Source of the DNA: Paraspadella gotoi
Lineage: Eukaryota > Animalia > Chaetognatha
Assembly: GCA_051294375.1 (NCBI GenBank)
Contig: CM119271.1
Span: 10,791,376 to 10,855,222 of the forward strand
Length of the DNA stretch: 63,847 bases
Direction: 5' to 3'
Of this stretch, positions 1-15,384 are shown in pieces. The notes under the pieces were generated by a model. The model ran no database searches. It was not told the origin of the DNA and worked only from the letters and a program-made list of their open reading frames with translations. The position numbers and the translations under genes are program-made. Each line of letters opens with the position of its first letter. Positions within the stretch are counted from its first letter, which is position 1.

Positions 1-407
1 TTGCTGTTTTATTGTTTTTGTTTTTTTCTTGTTTTGCTTCCTCGGTTTTCTTAATTGTTTATCTTTTCGTTTTTTTTTTTGGCTAGATTTTTTTTCCCAA
101 AAATTTATTTCCTATCCTCCTCCTCTTCTTACCTATCTCTCACCCCTTCCCTCTCCCATGACATATGTCCCACCCTCCCTCTCTTTATATATTCACGTCT
201 CTCTCTCTGTTTCTTCTCCCTCTTCCCCCTTCCCGCCTAACCCCTCTCTCTTCTCCCCTCTTCTCTCCCTCTCTCTCCCCCTTCTACCTCTCCCTCTCTC
301 CCCTCTAGGCCTCTCCCTCTCTCCCCTGTCTACCTCTCCCTCTCTCCCCTTACCTCTCCCCGCCTCTACCCCCCCGCCCCCCCACTCCAACCCCAAACTC
401 TCAAAAG

Positions 408-688
408 GTTATCCCCTCTCCACGGAGTGGCGCTCTCCACATCGCCAACTCTTTCCTTTCAAGGAGTTCGTGGACGACTTCCTGACGCCTCCCGACTCGT
501 CGCTCTTTTGGTTCCAAGCCTCCACTCGCCCGGGCTGGTACGTCTCGCGAGCTGCGGGTTGTTCCCACGGGCGTTCTTGTTCGAGACTCTTGGCCGCCAG
601 CAAGTTTCCTGGAGAGTCGGTTCTGGGCTTCGAATCGGGTGAGCCGAGCAAGATTGAAGCGCGCCAACGATGCGAGTTCATTATTTAA
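408..688 (+). CDS. Probable terminal exon of an unidentified gene extending left of the window
   Basis: GC-rich open frame (GYPLSTEWRSPHRQLFPFKEFVDDF...CEFII*) after a long pyrimidine tract and AG at 406-407, followed by AT-rich UTR-like sequence; no recognisable domain. Confidence 0.35.
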
Positions 689-3600
689 TTCATTATTTAA
701 TTTATTTAATTATTATATTAATACGCTTATTGATGCAAAGACGAGAACAAAGTTTATTTGTTTACATGCATGGAATGACTTTTATGCATTGGACCTGAAC
801 CGATTTTTAGTGAAATATTTACCTGAATGATTGCCTATTGCATTTGATTTGTTTTAAATGAATGCATTGATTGAATGACTTATGAATGAATTATGAAATG
901 TCTTGACCGGCTTCTTTTCTGAGCAATGATTAAATGTTCAAAAATGAATCAATGACTTTAAAGATTCTATTTTTTGCATGAATTAATTATTTTTAATTAC
1001 ATTACTGACTGACTCTTTGATAACAAAAGACAGGATCAGAGGCCAAGAGTGATTCTTGACAAATTCAATTGTTTTCTGCAAGCTTGAGTTGGTCGGGTCT
1101 GGTTTTCAGTCTCCGCCACATCAGCGTTTCATATGGGCGGGGATCGCCCGATCCTCCGATCCGTTTTGGCATTTTGGCCTGAGATTTGATCTCCTGCTTA
1201 TGTTATTGTATTAATCACAAATAATTGGCAAAGCGAAAAAAATAACTTTTTCTTAATTCATTATTCTTTCATACAGGAAAGAAGATGGAAGCGAATTTAT
1301 CTCTCGNNNNNNNNNNNNNNNNNNNNNNNNNGGAGCAAGTTTTGGACGCCCAAAAATGCCATGTGGATCGGCGATGAGATGGGAGATGTTTGAGACCAGT
1401 GGATCATGTTTGCGTTTGCGGCAACATGCACCAGTAGTCACTTTGTACGTGTACTGGAGAAATAGCCCGGTTATGCCTCCTACGCCACAGAGGATCTGCG
1501 TCACGATGCTACGTCATCACTCTTTTCAAAGTCTAAATGTGTGCTCATCGTTTTGTGCTGTTCACTGTGTGTCATGGGTGCTATCAACTTCATCACAAAC
1601 TGGATGTCTTTCGTGATTCATAAATCAGAACTTCGTAATTTGAATTTTCATGTGTGATTTACCAACGCTACCCTATATTTTCCTAAATTATATTAAATTT
1701 CATTTTGGTATTTTTCGCATTATTTAGCTTTACTGGCCAAAAAGAAGTTACTGTGATTTGTACTTTATTTTTATAAAGTGGCCTTTTTAATTTAATTTTA
1801 TTTGCTTTAATTTGATACTCATTATTTGCTTTCTTTGGTGCGTGGCCGAGTGGAGATCCTGATTATTATTATTAGTAAGAAAGTAAATAAAAATGCCGGC
1901 CGAATTCTTTAAAAATTCCAATGCCCGCTAAGAAATATTTTGCTCCCTCTGTTCAAACGCCGGTCGCAAAACGTTACCTTATTTGGAAGTATTTTTAGAA
2001 TTGTTTACTTTACAAATGTAAACCAAATTTCTCTCTCTCTCGCCATATAAAAATGAATGCCACTTGTTACAATTAGCCAATTCGATTCCATTCGCTTTCT
2101 TGATTTCAATAAATCGATTCATCTCATTTTGTTCGCCATTTTTATCTCGACCACCTCTACTCCACCCTACTGATCACACATTAACCAACGCCTAGCCTTC
2201 CACGCCAACTCTTGAAGGACTTGTCTCTTCCCCTTCTCCACAGATCCATCGTAGAATCATCAATGACCATTTCGACTTCAAAAATGACCAATACACATAT
2301 AGGACTGAAACGAATAGAAACTTCCAGGGACACGAATGTTCTCTATCACTTCTCCAAGTACCATAGGTAAGTGCAACGTGACTGTATAAGAAAATAAGAA
2401 AGAATGAACCATCAATGACCATATCGACTTCGCAAAATGACCATCACTGATGACGGACACGGATGACTTAAGAAAAATGTTCTGCTATACCTTACTCGGC
2501 AAAGTATCCATACTTCACGCTAAGCGTGTTAAGCGATGAAATCATCGAGCGCATTCCCTCAACGATGAGCCATACCTAATCACTCACGATATTACTTCCA
2601 TCGAGCATGAGCGTACATAGTGAGACTATCCGGCGAAGAGTACTACATATGAAGTGAGAATATACACGTAACAGGAATCGAACGCTACGAACTAACTTCA
2701 AATCGGTGACGTTGGTCGGGATAGCCTAATGGCTAATAATTGAACCCGCTGACCAATATATCCTCAGTCGAGTGTCCCATATCTCGCGTTATTTTCTTAT
2801 TGTTGTGGTATGAAAGTACCCTCTACTAGTACCATTCTACACTCTACTTAATTACATAGGCAGATCCGACATTGTTTGCTCAAACTTTTCTTATTGCGAT
2901 GCGACGCCATCCTTATTGCTTTTAAGATTTTTTCCCTCTTTCTATGCTGTCTGTCGAATATTCAAATATGCCTATAAATCGCATACCTCATATACTCGTT
3001 CCACCAGTAACACGTGACTGTGCGTCTGATTCACACCTGTGTAAGTCTCTCACTGACTCACACTCTGTCAGTACTGTTCTAACACTAAGCATGGACGTCG
3101 TCTGCAGAGACAAGCCCACTAGAACGCGAGCATTAAAATCAACTATAAGTCTCTCGTCCACCACCATACCGTGCAGCCAAGCCCACTGCACGTCCGTCCT
3201 GCCCAAGCTCCGGCCGCGGTCGCTCTCCTGTCCGACGGACTTCTACGACCTGCGCCACCATCCACCTAGGAACAAAGAGAACGCGAATGAATCTACCAAT
3301 CCTCCAGATCATCGTCTCAGAACATCACTGCGTTCTCAATTGGTACCCGATGCGGCGCAAATATCATGTTATAGTTTTATCCTTCGAATAACCTATTCTC
3401 TCCCGCAAACACAATTCAATCATCTACTCGACAGTGATCTCCAATTCAGTCAGATACATATTTCGATGTCTATCGAGTCTCCATCTTTTCATGACATGGC
3501 TCGTCGTAGCCTTGTAAGAGCCAACAAATCTCTCAGACCGGTCCGAGCTGCGCGACAGCAACGAACCACGAACAAGTCAGCAATGATCGTCAATCGTAGC

Positions 3601-6600
3601 GACTAAAGACTCATAGAACAGCCAGGTATAATTATAATATAATGAGTAAATATATCTTCTTTAAACGCCTCAATGTAGAATTGTGATGGACAAATATTGG
3701 CGTAAGATATAAATGTTTTAAAAAAAAATCTGTGGAATCAAAACAGTAGAAAAAACCTTCCAAATTCCAATCACAAATAACTTGGAAATCCACCCCATGA
3801 TGTCTTTGGAAGACTTCGCCATAACGTAAATTATATCAACAAAAAAACACCAGATAATAGACTCTGGAATAAACATTATAGAAATTCTATATGAAAGCTC
3901 GTCAATTAATACTATATTACACTTCTGAAATACCATTTCAACCAAAGGATGCCGACTAAATTCCACTTTACCATGAGTGATTCATATTAACAACTAAATA
4001 AAATGTAAGAAGAAAAAGTTGACTGAACAAGCACTTCTCAGGAATATAAATAGGCTATCAGGAATTCCTGAATTTGAAGTTTATTGAATAATCAACCAAC
4101 AATACTGATTAAATGGCGTCGACCAATTGTATTGAAGTGAGAGAAATACCTTTATAATTTCATATATAAAAATGCATCAAAAAATATTCCCGAGGGCGGA
4201 CCAAGTTCACATTTCAATCTGATGAGTTTAGATGTCAAAATGATGTTATTTGTCAGTGAGAACCAAAAAAAAAGCGCCCTTCAATGCAAGATTTAGAATA
4301 CGAGTGTATTTTACACTATATTACCTAAATTTTTTCCCAGGGCGTTTTCATTGTTTGGATAAGATCAGAAATTTTAACTGAAAAATTCCATTAAAAGTCT
4401 TCCTCGATTAGTCTATTTGAACGACCGTAGACTCTATACCCGTCATCGTTCTCAACCGTAACATCATCGCCATCATACCCGTTCTGCTTAATACACCAGG
4501 ATGGCCGGCTTGCTCGGATTGTTAAGCGGTGAGGAGAACAAGTAACTGTTATCTCGTGATATAAGAATTTGCTGGAAAACCCTTGTACCCTTAACAATTC
4601 ATGATCCGAGATTTCAGAGCACCGAGACTGATGACAGGTGGATAGATAAATCGAACAACCAACACATTTTGAAAAAGATACAACATACGAACTAGCATCA
4701 CTCTCGCAGTCTAAGTATGATTCCACTATCCTATACAGTGCTGACCCAGAAGATGTCACTGACGGTCAGAATGATCATCGAATTCTTTCAATGTCTTAAA
4801 ATAACAGCTCTTACCGTATTTTTTCCCTGAGAGAAAACAAGCGGAAAAACGACCGTTGAAACGAGAGGAGCGATGCATGCTAGAGCCAAAAGTAAGTTAT
4901 ATTAAGCAACATTTGCGGCGCTGATTGAACTTTTACAAGATAACTTAACTCTAGTATCTGTGTTCTTCCTAAAGAAACCATGCAATAAACCATATTAACC
5001 ATAATCTTTCCATAGCAACTGATATTTTGCATGGATATTGTCGCGTCACTTTACCTTATACAATTCAGTCTTTACGCGCCCAAGCACTCATGTATTAAAA
5101 TTAATGCCTACTATCTTGTGTCAATTTCAATTCTTATCCTCAATAATCATAAAACCTATGATTAAAATTTCTCTGATGATACTGGGCACTCCTGTATCAC
5201 AAACTCATGCTATTAGCCAAGTTATAAATTGTTTTCAGTAATTATCTGACTCATAAAATCCTAACCAAAAAAGAAAGACCAAAAAAAGTGACACTATTAT
5301 AAATGTTTTTCATTTAATCTCACCAGGCAGAGTCTGAGTACATATATTACTAATAGATTGATACTTTTTTCATGATGACAAATCTATATATCACTTGGCT
5401 CCAGCAGCCTCTCAATAAAGTTTGACCATTCCACATCATTGCGCAAGTGAGAGTCCTCTGTGGCTGATATCGTGCTCGTTGCTGTCGTGATCTCATATTG
5501 AATGGTCAACTACTTAACTTGATATTGTAGGACATACTGACAGATATTAATGATTAAGCCGATATAGCTTAACACATTTTTATCTAATACCGTATTTATA
5601 TAAGTTTACTATAATTTGCATGGCTCATAATATGCCATTATTAACTTACTTGGTATACAAGTAACATCCCTAAAAATCTCAAGTAATCGCTTCATATGGC
5701 AAGGTAGCTATCATGGGAGAGAGAGGAATCGTCTGCTGATTCATGCAGCTTCAAACCTTTATAATTGCGCCCAAATCCGTAATCTTGAAATTTTGCCGTT
5801 TCTCTTTTCAGATGAATTTACATGATCTTGATACAAACAAATTCATTTAAATATGTTCTAATCGCTGTTAAAATTACTTATTTAATTTCAATACTCTCAA
5901 ATTCTTATGATCTTGGATGCTCGTGTAATAATCGCTTTCTTTTCGTCTGTTTTGTATTTGTTCTAAGAGATCTGGCAAAGTTTTTGTGGAATATATATCC
6001 GCTCATCTGTGTGCTGTTTGCATACTAACCGCGCGATGCATTGCATAGCTGTGCTCAATACTCATATAGGCTCTCTTTTATTCGGAGTGTTACTACTAAT
6101 TATTAGTCAAAAAACATGTACTTATAATATTAGCACTTAGGCTCCTGCACCATATTACGTGACATGAAGACGAAATAGGAATAAATATAAAAAATGCATA
6201 TAGTCAATAATTGTTACAAAACCAGCGCAAGTATTAGATTGAGTATAGATAATCACAGCTCATAGAGGCTAACGTCATCATAATTGTCAAGATATCTGAA
6301 TAATAGAGATAAATGAAAGCTAACGAAACTAGGAACATGTAATTCTCCCTCGTTCCAACTCGCAGTCCGCATTATTAGGTCACTCTCGTTTATATCGTTA
6401 TCCTTGCCTCGCAACGGCGGCTGATCTCGGTCCAAGTTGATTTTTTTTTATTAAACGTAACGTTTCCGCCGTGTGAAAAATTGGGTTTGATTGATTTTTT
6501 TTTATATACGTACGTTTCCGTTTGCCATCGAAAACGCGTTAATTTGGCCTTTTTCCTTGACATTGTTTACTCGTTGCTCCGCAACGGCCAGTGAATCCAG

Positions 6601-7749
6601 GTCAAGTAAGTTATTCTTCACTTTTTAGTCGTTTCTGTTTATCAGCAGATCCGACTCTATAATTCACTTTGTCGGTCCGTTCAGTCCGGTCAAGTTTCGA
6701 TGGAATCGGTAGAGTGGAAATGGTTTAAATGGAAAAAAAAACCTGTTTCACTAAATTGATTATGCTTCTTTTTCCTTTTATAATTAAATGTAAATGGCAG
6801 GATGTATTAATAAATCAAATATTAATGCAGTTAATAAATTAATCAAAAAATAATAATTATTAATCAGTCAATCAATCAAGTCAATCTTTTATTGGCATTA
6901 TTCTCATCGTCGGTCATGCTTTGTCATGTTTAGTGATGAAAAGACCTAAACAAACCATTTGAAGATTAAATTAATTAAATTAATGCCTAATTATTAATTA
7001 ATTAACTTGAATTATAAATTATCGGTAATTAAATAATGAATTATAAAATAAATATAATAAATTCAATTATTAACGATTGCAAAAAAAGCGTGACGACCGA
7101 CGAGACTTACACGTCACAAAGAAGCCTGGCCTTCACTTTATTCTCTCGCAAGACGGGCCTTTGGCCAGTCAGCGGTGATAATAAAATTAGTTGAAAATCA
7201 AAACTTACCCAATCTCTAAAGATTTGGATTAAATGAATATATATATATATATAAAATATACTACTGCTACAATATATATATATCAATCCCGTTTGCCAAA
7301 TTGAAATTTACCTCGGATAATATTGATAGATCTATGGTAGTAGACTTAATTTGACTGTGCTTCCATGATTTCATGAGGAGATTAAAATTCGAGGTTGTTC
7401 TGAGAAAAAAATAAAAAGAATTTGCTCTGTTTCATTTCTTTCATTCATTCAAATTAAAAGAAATCTGATGTTTGGTGTCCTCGTGACGGAACCCTTTTTT
7501 TGAGAGCGGAGATGGAGGTGAAAACTCGAATTCTTTTATAGCCGTATCGGCCTAAATGCAATCAATCAATCAAATTATTAATCATTCAGTAACGCGTTAT
7601 CATTGTCGTCAACGCCATTATCATTTCATTGCCAAAAATGCAAGATGTGATCAAATAATTAACCAGTGGCTGCGCCACCACATGTAAATCGGCTTTCAAG
7701 GGCTTAAATTAAACGTTAATGTAGCACTAATAATAATTTTTTTAATTTG

Positions 7750-8540
7750 CATCAATATTTTTACTTATATCTTTTTTTTAAATTTGTATTAATTTTTTAA
7801 CTTCATTATTTTTTTATTTTTCATTTTCTTAACTTGCATATTTTTTCTACTTGCGTCACTTTTTAACTTGCATTAATTTTTTTTAGCTTGTATCTTTTTT
7901 TCAACTTGCTCATTTTTTTAACTTGCATCATTTTTTAACTTCATCATTTTTTTAGCTTGTATCTTTTTTTCCAACTTGCATCATTTTTTTAAACTTGCAT
8001 CATTTTTTTAACTTGCATCATTTTTTTAACTTGTATCATTTTTTTTAACTTGCATAATTTTTTTTTTAACTTGCATCATTTTTTAAACTTGTAATATTTT
8101 TTTACCTTATATATTTTTCAACTTGTATAATTTTTTCAATCTTGCATATTTTTTTTAACTTGCATTATTTTTTTAACTGCATCATTTTTTCAACTTGCAT
8201 AATTTTTTCAACTTGCAATAATTTTTTCAACTTGCATAATTTTTTCAACTTGCATAATTTTTTTCACTTGCCATAATTTTTTTCAACTTGCATAATTTTT
8301 TCAATTGCATAATTTTTCAACTGCATAATTTTTTTCAACTTGCATAATTTTTATCACTTGCCTAATTTTTTCAACTTATATAATTTTTTCAACTTGCATA
8401 ATTTTTTCAACTTATATAATTTTTTAACTTGCATAATTTCTTTAAACTTGGATAATTTTTTCAACTTGCATAATTTCTTTAAACTTGCATAATTTTTTCA
8501 CTTGCATACTTTTTTCAATTGCATACTTTTTTCAGCTTGC
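7750..8540. repeat. 17-18 bp minisatellite (aacttgcataattttttc)n
   Basis: Dozens of tandem units, mirrored at 10125-10905. Confidence 0.9.
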
Positions 8541-10124
8541 TGTTAATAAAAAATGAATAAAAGCTCCTAGTAAGAGAAAAAAAATGATGGAAAAAATGAC
8601 AGAAAAATAAACCAAAATTCAAGGGTAAGTAAATCGCTAAGCGATTTTTTTTCATCGAAGCCCCTTGCTGCGGCTCCTGAAGCAGCGGACTCAAACAGAC
8701 GCACAAAACTCGTCTCTTTGCTGCTTTAATTGTCGCTCTCATTGTCGCATTAGCTTCCGCCATCGTTCAAATTATCGTCGTCGTTTCCGTCGATGCCGAT
8801 CCTGTCGGACCCTAATATCTATCCCCTAATCTAACCTTAACTATAACCAAACTGTAAACAATTAATTTATCTTTCAATTATCGTCGTTTTTGTCAATCCG
8901 GATCTTCAGAGAGAGAGATAGAGCGAGAGAGAGATATTGATTCGCTGATCAGTCATACGGCAAGAGGGCCTTCGATGATTACAATACAAAGCGATTTTTT
9001 TACATGGTCTTATTTATTATCTGTTTGGTTGTTATCTACCTGACTGGTGGTTGATTCACTTTCCTCATTGCATGTTTTGTTATTATTCTCCAAACGCTTG
9101 CTTTCGCCAATTCATTTTTTTTTATCAAAATTAAAACTTTTCTTGACGAAAGTAGGATTAAGATGTACATTGATTTTTACGACAACTTTCCTTTGTTGTT
9201 TCTGAGTATCCATGGCGTAGCCGTTCGCTTTCATTATGCTTCTTGTTTAGTGCAGTAGAACAAAAAATAAAACTTCTTGAAATCAAAGAAAAAAAATATC
9301 CTTCTGTGAAAAAAGTTTTTTTTCGATTTCAATAAAGTTTTTTGAATGAAAGGATATTTTTTTCTTTGAATTTCAAGAAGGTTTTTTATTTTTTGTTCTA
9401 CTGCACTAAACAAGAAAGCATAATGAAAGCGATCGGCTACGCCATGGATATCAGAAACAACAAAGGGAAGTTTCTAAAATCATTGTACCATCTTAATCCT
9501 ACTTTTCGTCATAGAAGTTTTAAATTTTGATAAAAAAAAATGAATTGGCGAAAGCAAGCGTTTGGAGAATAATAACAAACAATGCAATGAGGAAAGTGAA
9601 TCAACCACCAGTCAAGGTATGATAACAAACAAACAGATAATAAATAAGACCATGTAAAAAATCGCCTTTGTAATTGTAATCATCGAAGCCCTCTTGCCGT
9701 ATGACTGATCAGCGAATCAATATCTCTCTCTCGCTCTATCTCTCTCTCTGAGATCCGGATTGACAAAAACGACGATAATTTGAAGATAAATTAATTGTTT
9801 ACAGTTTTGGTTATAGTTAAGGTTAGATTAGGGGATAGATATTAGGGTCCGACAGGATCGGGATCGACGGAAACGACGACGATATTTGAACGATGGCGGA
9901 AGCTAATGCGACAATGAGAGCGACAATTAAAGCAGCAAAAGAGACGAGTTTTGTGCGTCTGTTTGAGTCGCTGCTTCAGGAGCCGCAGCAAGGGCTTCGA
10001 TGAAAAAAAAATCGCTTTAGCGATTACTTTACCCTTGAATTTTGGTTATTTTTTTCTGTCATTTTTTTCCATCATTTTTTTTTCTCTTACTAGGAGCTTT
10101 TTATTCATTTTTTATTAACAGCAA

Positions 10125-10905
10125 GCTGAAAAAGTATGCAATTTGAAAAAAGTATGCAAGTTGAAAAAAATTATGCAAGTAAAGAAATTATGCAAGTTGA
10201 AAAAATTATCCAAGTTAAAGAAATTATGCAAGTTAAAAAATATATAAGTTGAAAAAATTATGCAAGTTGAAAAATTATATAAGTTGAAAAATTATGCAAG
10301 TTGAAAAAATTATGCAAGGTTGAAAAAATTATGCAAGTTGAAAAAATATGCAAGTTGAAAAAATTATGCAAGTTGAAAAAATTATGCAAGTTGAAAAAAA
10401 TTATGCAAGTTGAAAAAATTATGCAAGTTGAAAAAATTATGCAAGTTGAAAAAATTATGCAAGTTGAAAAAATTATGCAAGTTAAAAAAATAATGCAAGT
10501 TAAAAAAATTATGCAAGTTGAAAAATTATACAAGTTGAAAAAATTATATAAGGTAAAAAATATTACAAGTTTAAAAATGATGCAAGTTAAAAAATTATGC
10601 AAGTTAAAAAAAATGATACAAGTTAAAAATGATGGCAAGTTAAAAAAATGATGCAAGTTAAAAAAATGATGCAAGTTGAAAAAAGATACAAGCTAAAAAA
10701 ATGATGCAAGTTAAAAAATGATGCAAGTTAAAAAAATGATGCAAGTTGAAAAAAGATACAAGCTAAAAAATAATGCAAGTTAAAAAGATGACGCAAGTTA
10801 GAAAAAAATGATGCAAGTTAAGAAAATGAAAAAATAAAAAATAATGAAGTTAAAAAATAATACAAATTAAAAAAAGATATAAGTAAAAATATTGATGCAA
10901 ATTAA
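10125..10905. repeat. Mirror copy of the 17-18 bp minisatellite (gaaaaaattatgcaagtt)n
   Basis: Reverse complement of 7750-8540; source of the spurious periodic ORFs 10258-10674 and 10301-10651. Confidence 0.9.
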
Positions 10906-12443
10906 AAAAATTATTATTAGTGCTACAGTAACTGTTTAATTTAAGCCCTTGAAAGCGATTTACATGTGGTGGCGCAGCCACTGGTTAATTATTTGATCAC
11001 ATCTTGCATTTTTGGCAATGAAAATGATAATGGCGTTGACGACAATGATAACAGCGTTACTGAATGATTAATTAATTGATTGATTGATTGATTTAGGCAG
11101 ATACGGCTATAAAAAGATTCCGAGTTTTCACCTCCATCTCCGCCTCTCAAAAAGGGTTCCGTCAACGAGGACACCAAACATCAGATTTCTTTTAATTTGA
11201 ATGAAATGAAAAGAAATGAAACAGAAGCAAATTCTTTTTTATTTTTTTTCTCAGACAAGCTCGAAATTTTTAATCTCCTCATGAAATCATGGAAGCACAG
11301 TCAAATTAAGTCTACTACATAGATCTATCAATATTATCCGAGGTAAATTTCAATTTGGCAAACGGATTTGATATATATATATTGTAGCAGTAGTATTATT
11401 TTATATATATATATATATTCATTTAATCCAAATCTTTAGAGATTGGTAAGTTTTTGATTTTTCAACTAATTTTATTATCTCGCATGACTGGGCAAAGCCG
11501 TCTTGGAGAGATAAAGTGAAGGCCAGGCTTCTTTGTTGACGTTGTAGTCGTCGTCGTCGTCACGCTTTTTGCAATCGTTAATTAATTTGATTATTATTTA
11601 TTAATTCATTATTTAATTACCGATAATTATATAATTCAAGTTAATTAATTAATTATTAGGCAATTAATTAATTAATTTAATCTCAAATGTTTGTTTTAGG
11701 TCTTTTCATCACTAACCATGACAAAAGCAATGACGACGATGAGAATAATGCCAATAAAGATTGACTTGATTGATTGACTGATTAATTAATTTTAATTATT
11801 TGATAAGATAATAATGTATTAATTATTGATCTTATTAATACAATCCTTATGCAATTTACATTAATTAATATAAAAGAATAAAGAAGCATAATCAATAGTG
11901 AAACTAGTGTTTTTTTTTCCATTTATAACTCATTTCCACTCTACCGATTCCATCGAAACTTGACGGACTTGACGGACGACAAAGTGAATTATAGAGTCGG
12001 GATCTGCTGATAACAGAACCGACTAAAAAGTGAAGAATAACTTACTTGACCTGGATTTCGTGGCCGTTGCGGAGCAACGAGTAAACAATGTCAAGAAAAA
12101 GGCCCAATTAACGCGTTTCGATGGAAACGGAAACGTTACGTATATAAAAAAAATCAACATGACCCAATTTCACACGGCGGAAACGTTACGTTTATAAAAA
12201 AAAATCAACTTGACCGAGATCACGCCGCCGTTTGCGAGGCAACGGATAACCGATATAAACGAGAGTGACCTAATAATGCGTCTCGTTGGCGGGAAAACTG
12301 TCCAGCTTCTTTCTTTCTTTCTCTCTCTCTCTCTGTACGATCTCTTGCGTGATCATTCGTTTTTTTGAAAAATTCTGATTATTTTTTTATTTCCTTCTCT
12401 CGTCAAGTGAGATCCTAATCTTTTAAGATTTTTTTGACAATAA

Positions 12444-12484
12444 TAGGACATGTTTCTGCTTTGGATACAAGCCTTCATCAGCGT
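12444..12484 (-). ncRNA. Degenerate Penelope-type hammerhead ribozyme copy
   Basis: Minus strand reads acg-CTGATGA-a-ggcttgtatccaaagca-GAAAC-at-GTC; same family as 26804-26846 but stems imperfect, in an error-rich region. Confidence 0.45.
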
Positions 12485-15384
12485 TTGTATCCAAAGCCAA
12501 AAATTCGTTGAAAAATCAAAACTTTGCCAATCTCTAAACTTTACAAAACAACGAAAAAGAAGGATTATTACAACACAATCCAAATCTAAAAATTTTTGGT
12601 GAAATTAAATAGTAATTTTAACAGCGATTGAACAATTAATAATTTTTTTTATCAGATCATTAATTCATCTGAAAAGAGGAAACTAAAATTTCAAGATTAC
12701 ATTTGCGCATTAAATTTTGAGCTCATCTCAGCAGACGATTCCTCCTTCTCCCTGATGCTCCTCCAATGAAGCGGATTTTTGATTTTATTGGGATTTTTAT
12801 CCAAGTATTATAAGTGGCATATTATAGCCATCATAAAGTAAACATATTAATAAAATAAATAAATAAAATATGTGTTAAGCATAAACCTTAGACAAATATT
12901 TGCCATATGTTACATATCAATTTTAGTATGCACTATTAATACTATCAACGACAGCAACATCACGAACAGCCACAGCTCACGCGCAATGTGTGATGTGCAA
13001 ACTTTATTAAGCATCTGACCAATGTAATTGTTTGTTCATAAATAAATATCAATCTTTATTTATTTATAGTAATAGGTGGATTAAGAAAAACATTTAAATA
13101 GTGTCACTTTTTTGGTCTTTCTTTTTTGGTTTAGGAACTTTTTTAGGTCAGATAATTACAAAACAATTTATACTTGCTATCTGGTTGTTATATAATGCCC
13201 AGTATATTTATCAATAGGTTTTTGATTATTTAAATAAAAAATGAATTGAATTGCAAATGCTTAGCATTTTTAATTAGAAGTGCTGCTCGAAAAGACTGAA
13301 TGAAGGTAAAAGTGACCAAAATCCATGCAAAAAGTTGCTGGAAAGTTATTGGTTAATATTATCTTCTTTAGGAAAACAATACTAAAATAATTATCTTGTT
13401 AAAGTTATCAGCCCATTTTGCTAAAATATAACTTCTTGCTCTCCCCTGCTCGCTCCCGTTCACTCGTTTTTTTTCCTTGTTTTTCTTAGGGAAAAAATAC
13501 GGTAAAGGTTATTTTTAAACATTAAAAGATTCGGATGATTCTGACGTCATAACATCTTCTGTTCACTGTATGGTAGTGGAATCATACTGTAAACTCGAAA
13601 GTGCAGTCGTATTTATTTTTTCAAAATGTTTTTTCGATTTTCTATCCACCTGTCACAGTCTCGGTGCTCTAACTTCGGATAATGATTGTTAAGGGGACAA
13701 GGGTTTTTCCATGCAAACTATCACGAATTAACAGGACTTGTTCTCCTCCCCTTAACAATCCGAAGCAAGCCGGCATCCTGGTAAAGGCGACGGAGATGAT
13801 GGCGATGATGACGGTGAAGACGATGACTAGGAGTCTACGTCGTTCATAGAAATCGAGGAAGACTTTTTAAATGGAGATTTTTCGTTAAAATCTGACTACC
13901 AAACAATGAAAACGCTCCTGGGAAAAATTTAGGTAAAAAATAGATGTAAAAACACTCGATTCTAATCCTGTTGCATTTGAAGGGCTCGCTTTTTTTTTCT
14001 CCTGACAAATAAACCATCATTTCGACATCAAACCATCAGATTGAAATGGACTGGTCCGCTCGGAAAATATTTTGATGCAATTTTTATATATTGAAATAAA
14101 GGGATTTCTCAACTTCAATACAATGTCAACGCATTTAATATATGTTGTGATTTTACAATAAACTTCAAATTCAGGAATCCGATAGCCATATATCTGAAGG
14201 GCTGTCAAAATTTTTCTTTACATTTTATTTAGTTATGTTAATATGATACAACCATGGTAAAGTGAATTAGTCCATTTGGTGAAATTTTTATTTAAAGTAA
14301 AAGTAAAAGACGAGCTTACAATCAGAATTCTAAAAGTTTTTCAACCAGGAGTCATATTCGGGAAAAATATTCTATGGCGAAAGTCTTCCAAAGAAGGGTG
14401 GATTTTCCCAAAGATTTTGGTTAATATTTTCTATGTTTATGATCAGATTTTTTTAAAACTTAACAATAGCAATATTGCCATTCATTCTACATTGGCCGGT
14501 AAAAGAATATATTAAAAAAACCTCTGGCTTTTTTGTCAGAGCTTAGTCCTACGATGACGATCTTGCTGACGTCGGGTTCGTCTTTCCGCAGCTCGGACCC
14601 TGATGATTGTTGGCTCTCCACCGCCACAGCGACCAATGTCTGAAAGATGGAAGATCGAAGAATCGTAAATATGTATTAATTTAATTTTAAACGCGAGAGA
14701 TGATTATTTCGTTTCGGAAAAAGTCAGGTTATTTGAAGAAAAAACTAAACATGAATTTGCGCCGGCCAACGGTCCAATTGAGAAAGAGGATGTTCTGAGG
14801 ATGGCATTGTAATTGTTAGTTTCGGGTTCGGCTCTTTTCTTGATGGTGGCGCAGTCTAGAGTCCTCGGAAGGGAGCTCCGCGACTTGGCAGCGACGTCAT
14901 TCTTGCTGACACGGTATTGGACGAGAACTTAGTGATAATGCCGCGTCTATTCTTGCTTAAAGGGACCACGTCTTTGCTTGTGTTAAACAAGTATGGCCCA
15001 GGATAGTCATAAGACTTACATATGTGAATCATGTACGCATAGTCTGTTTTGACAGGTCTTGAGTATCTATTAATGGGCATTTTTATATCTGAAGAGCATA
15101 GAAAGAGGAAAAAATCTTAAAAGCATAAGGATCGTCGCAATCGCATAAGAACAAGTTTGAGCAAACAATTCGGATCTGCCTATGATAATTAAAGTAGATG
15201 TAGAATGTATGTAATCCTGTCCCTTTAAAACCAAACATAAGAAAATAAAGGGAATGGGACCATGAGGATAAGGTTTAAGGTCAATTTATCCTCTTCCTCT
15301 TCCTACTCCTCCTCCTCCTCATTGATTGTTGATCTTCGATTCCTGAAGAATTCTTCAAGAGATCCGGAAGCCAGTACATCCGAT

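Noticed and set aside
2944-3606. 220 aa ORF
   Set aside because: Lies in the noisy arm, is not preserved in the mirror arm and has no recognisable motif.
10258-10674. Periodic ORFs on both strands (also 20701-21198, 25191-26165, 57124-57405)
   Set aside because: Translations of minisatellites; intronic or inside repeats, with no domain.
7750-10905. CRISPR-like appearance of short repeats
   Set aside because: Head-to-tail units without unique spacers, eukaryotic context, no cas genes.
15289-15335. Resemblance to a PacBio hairpin adapter (tcctcctcctc...ttgttg)
   Set aside because: Loose low-complexity match, not at the palindrome centre, and it has a noisy mirror counterpart near 2680-2740.
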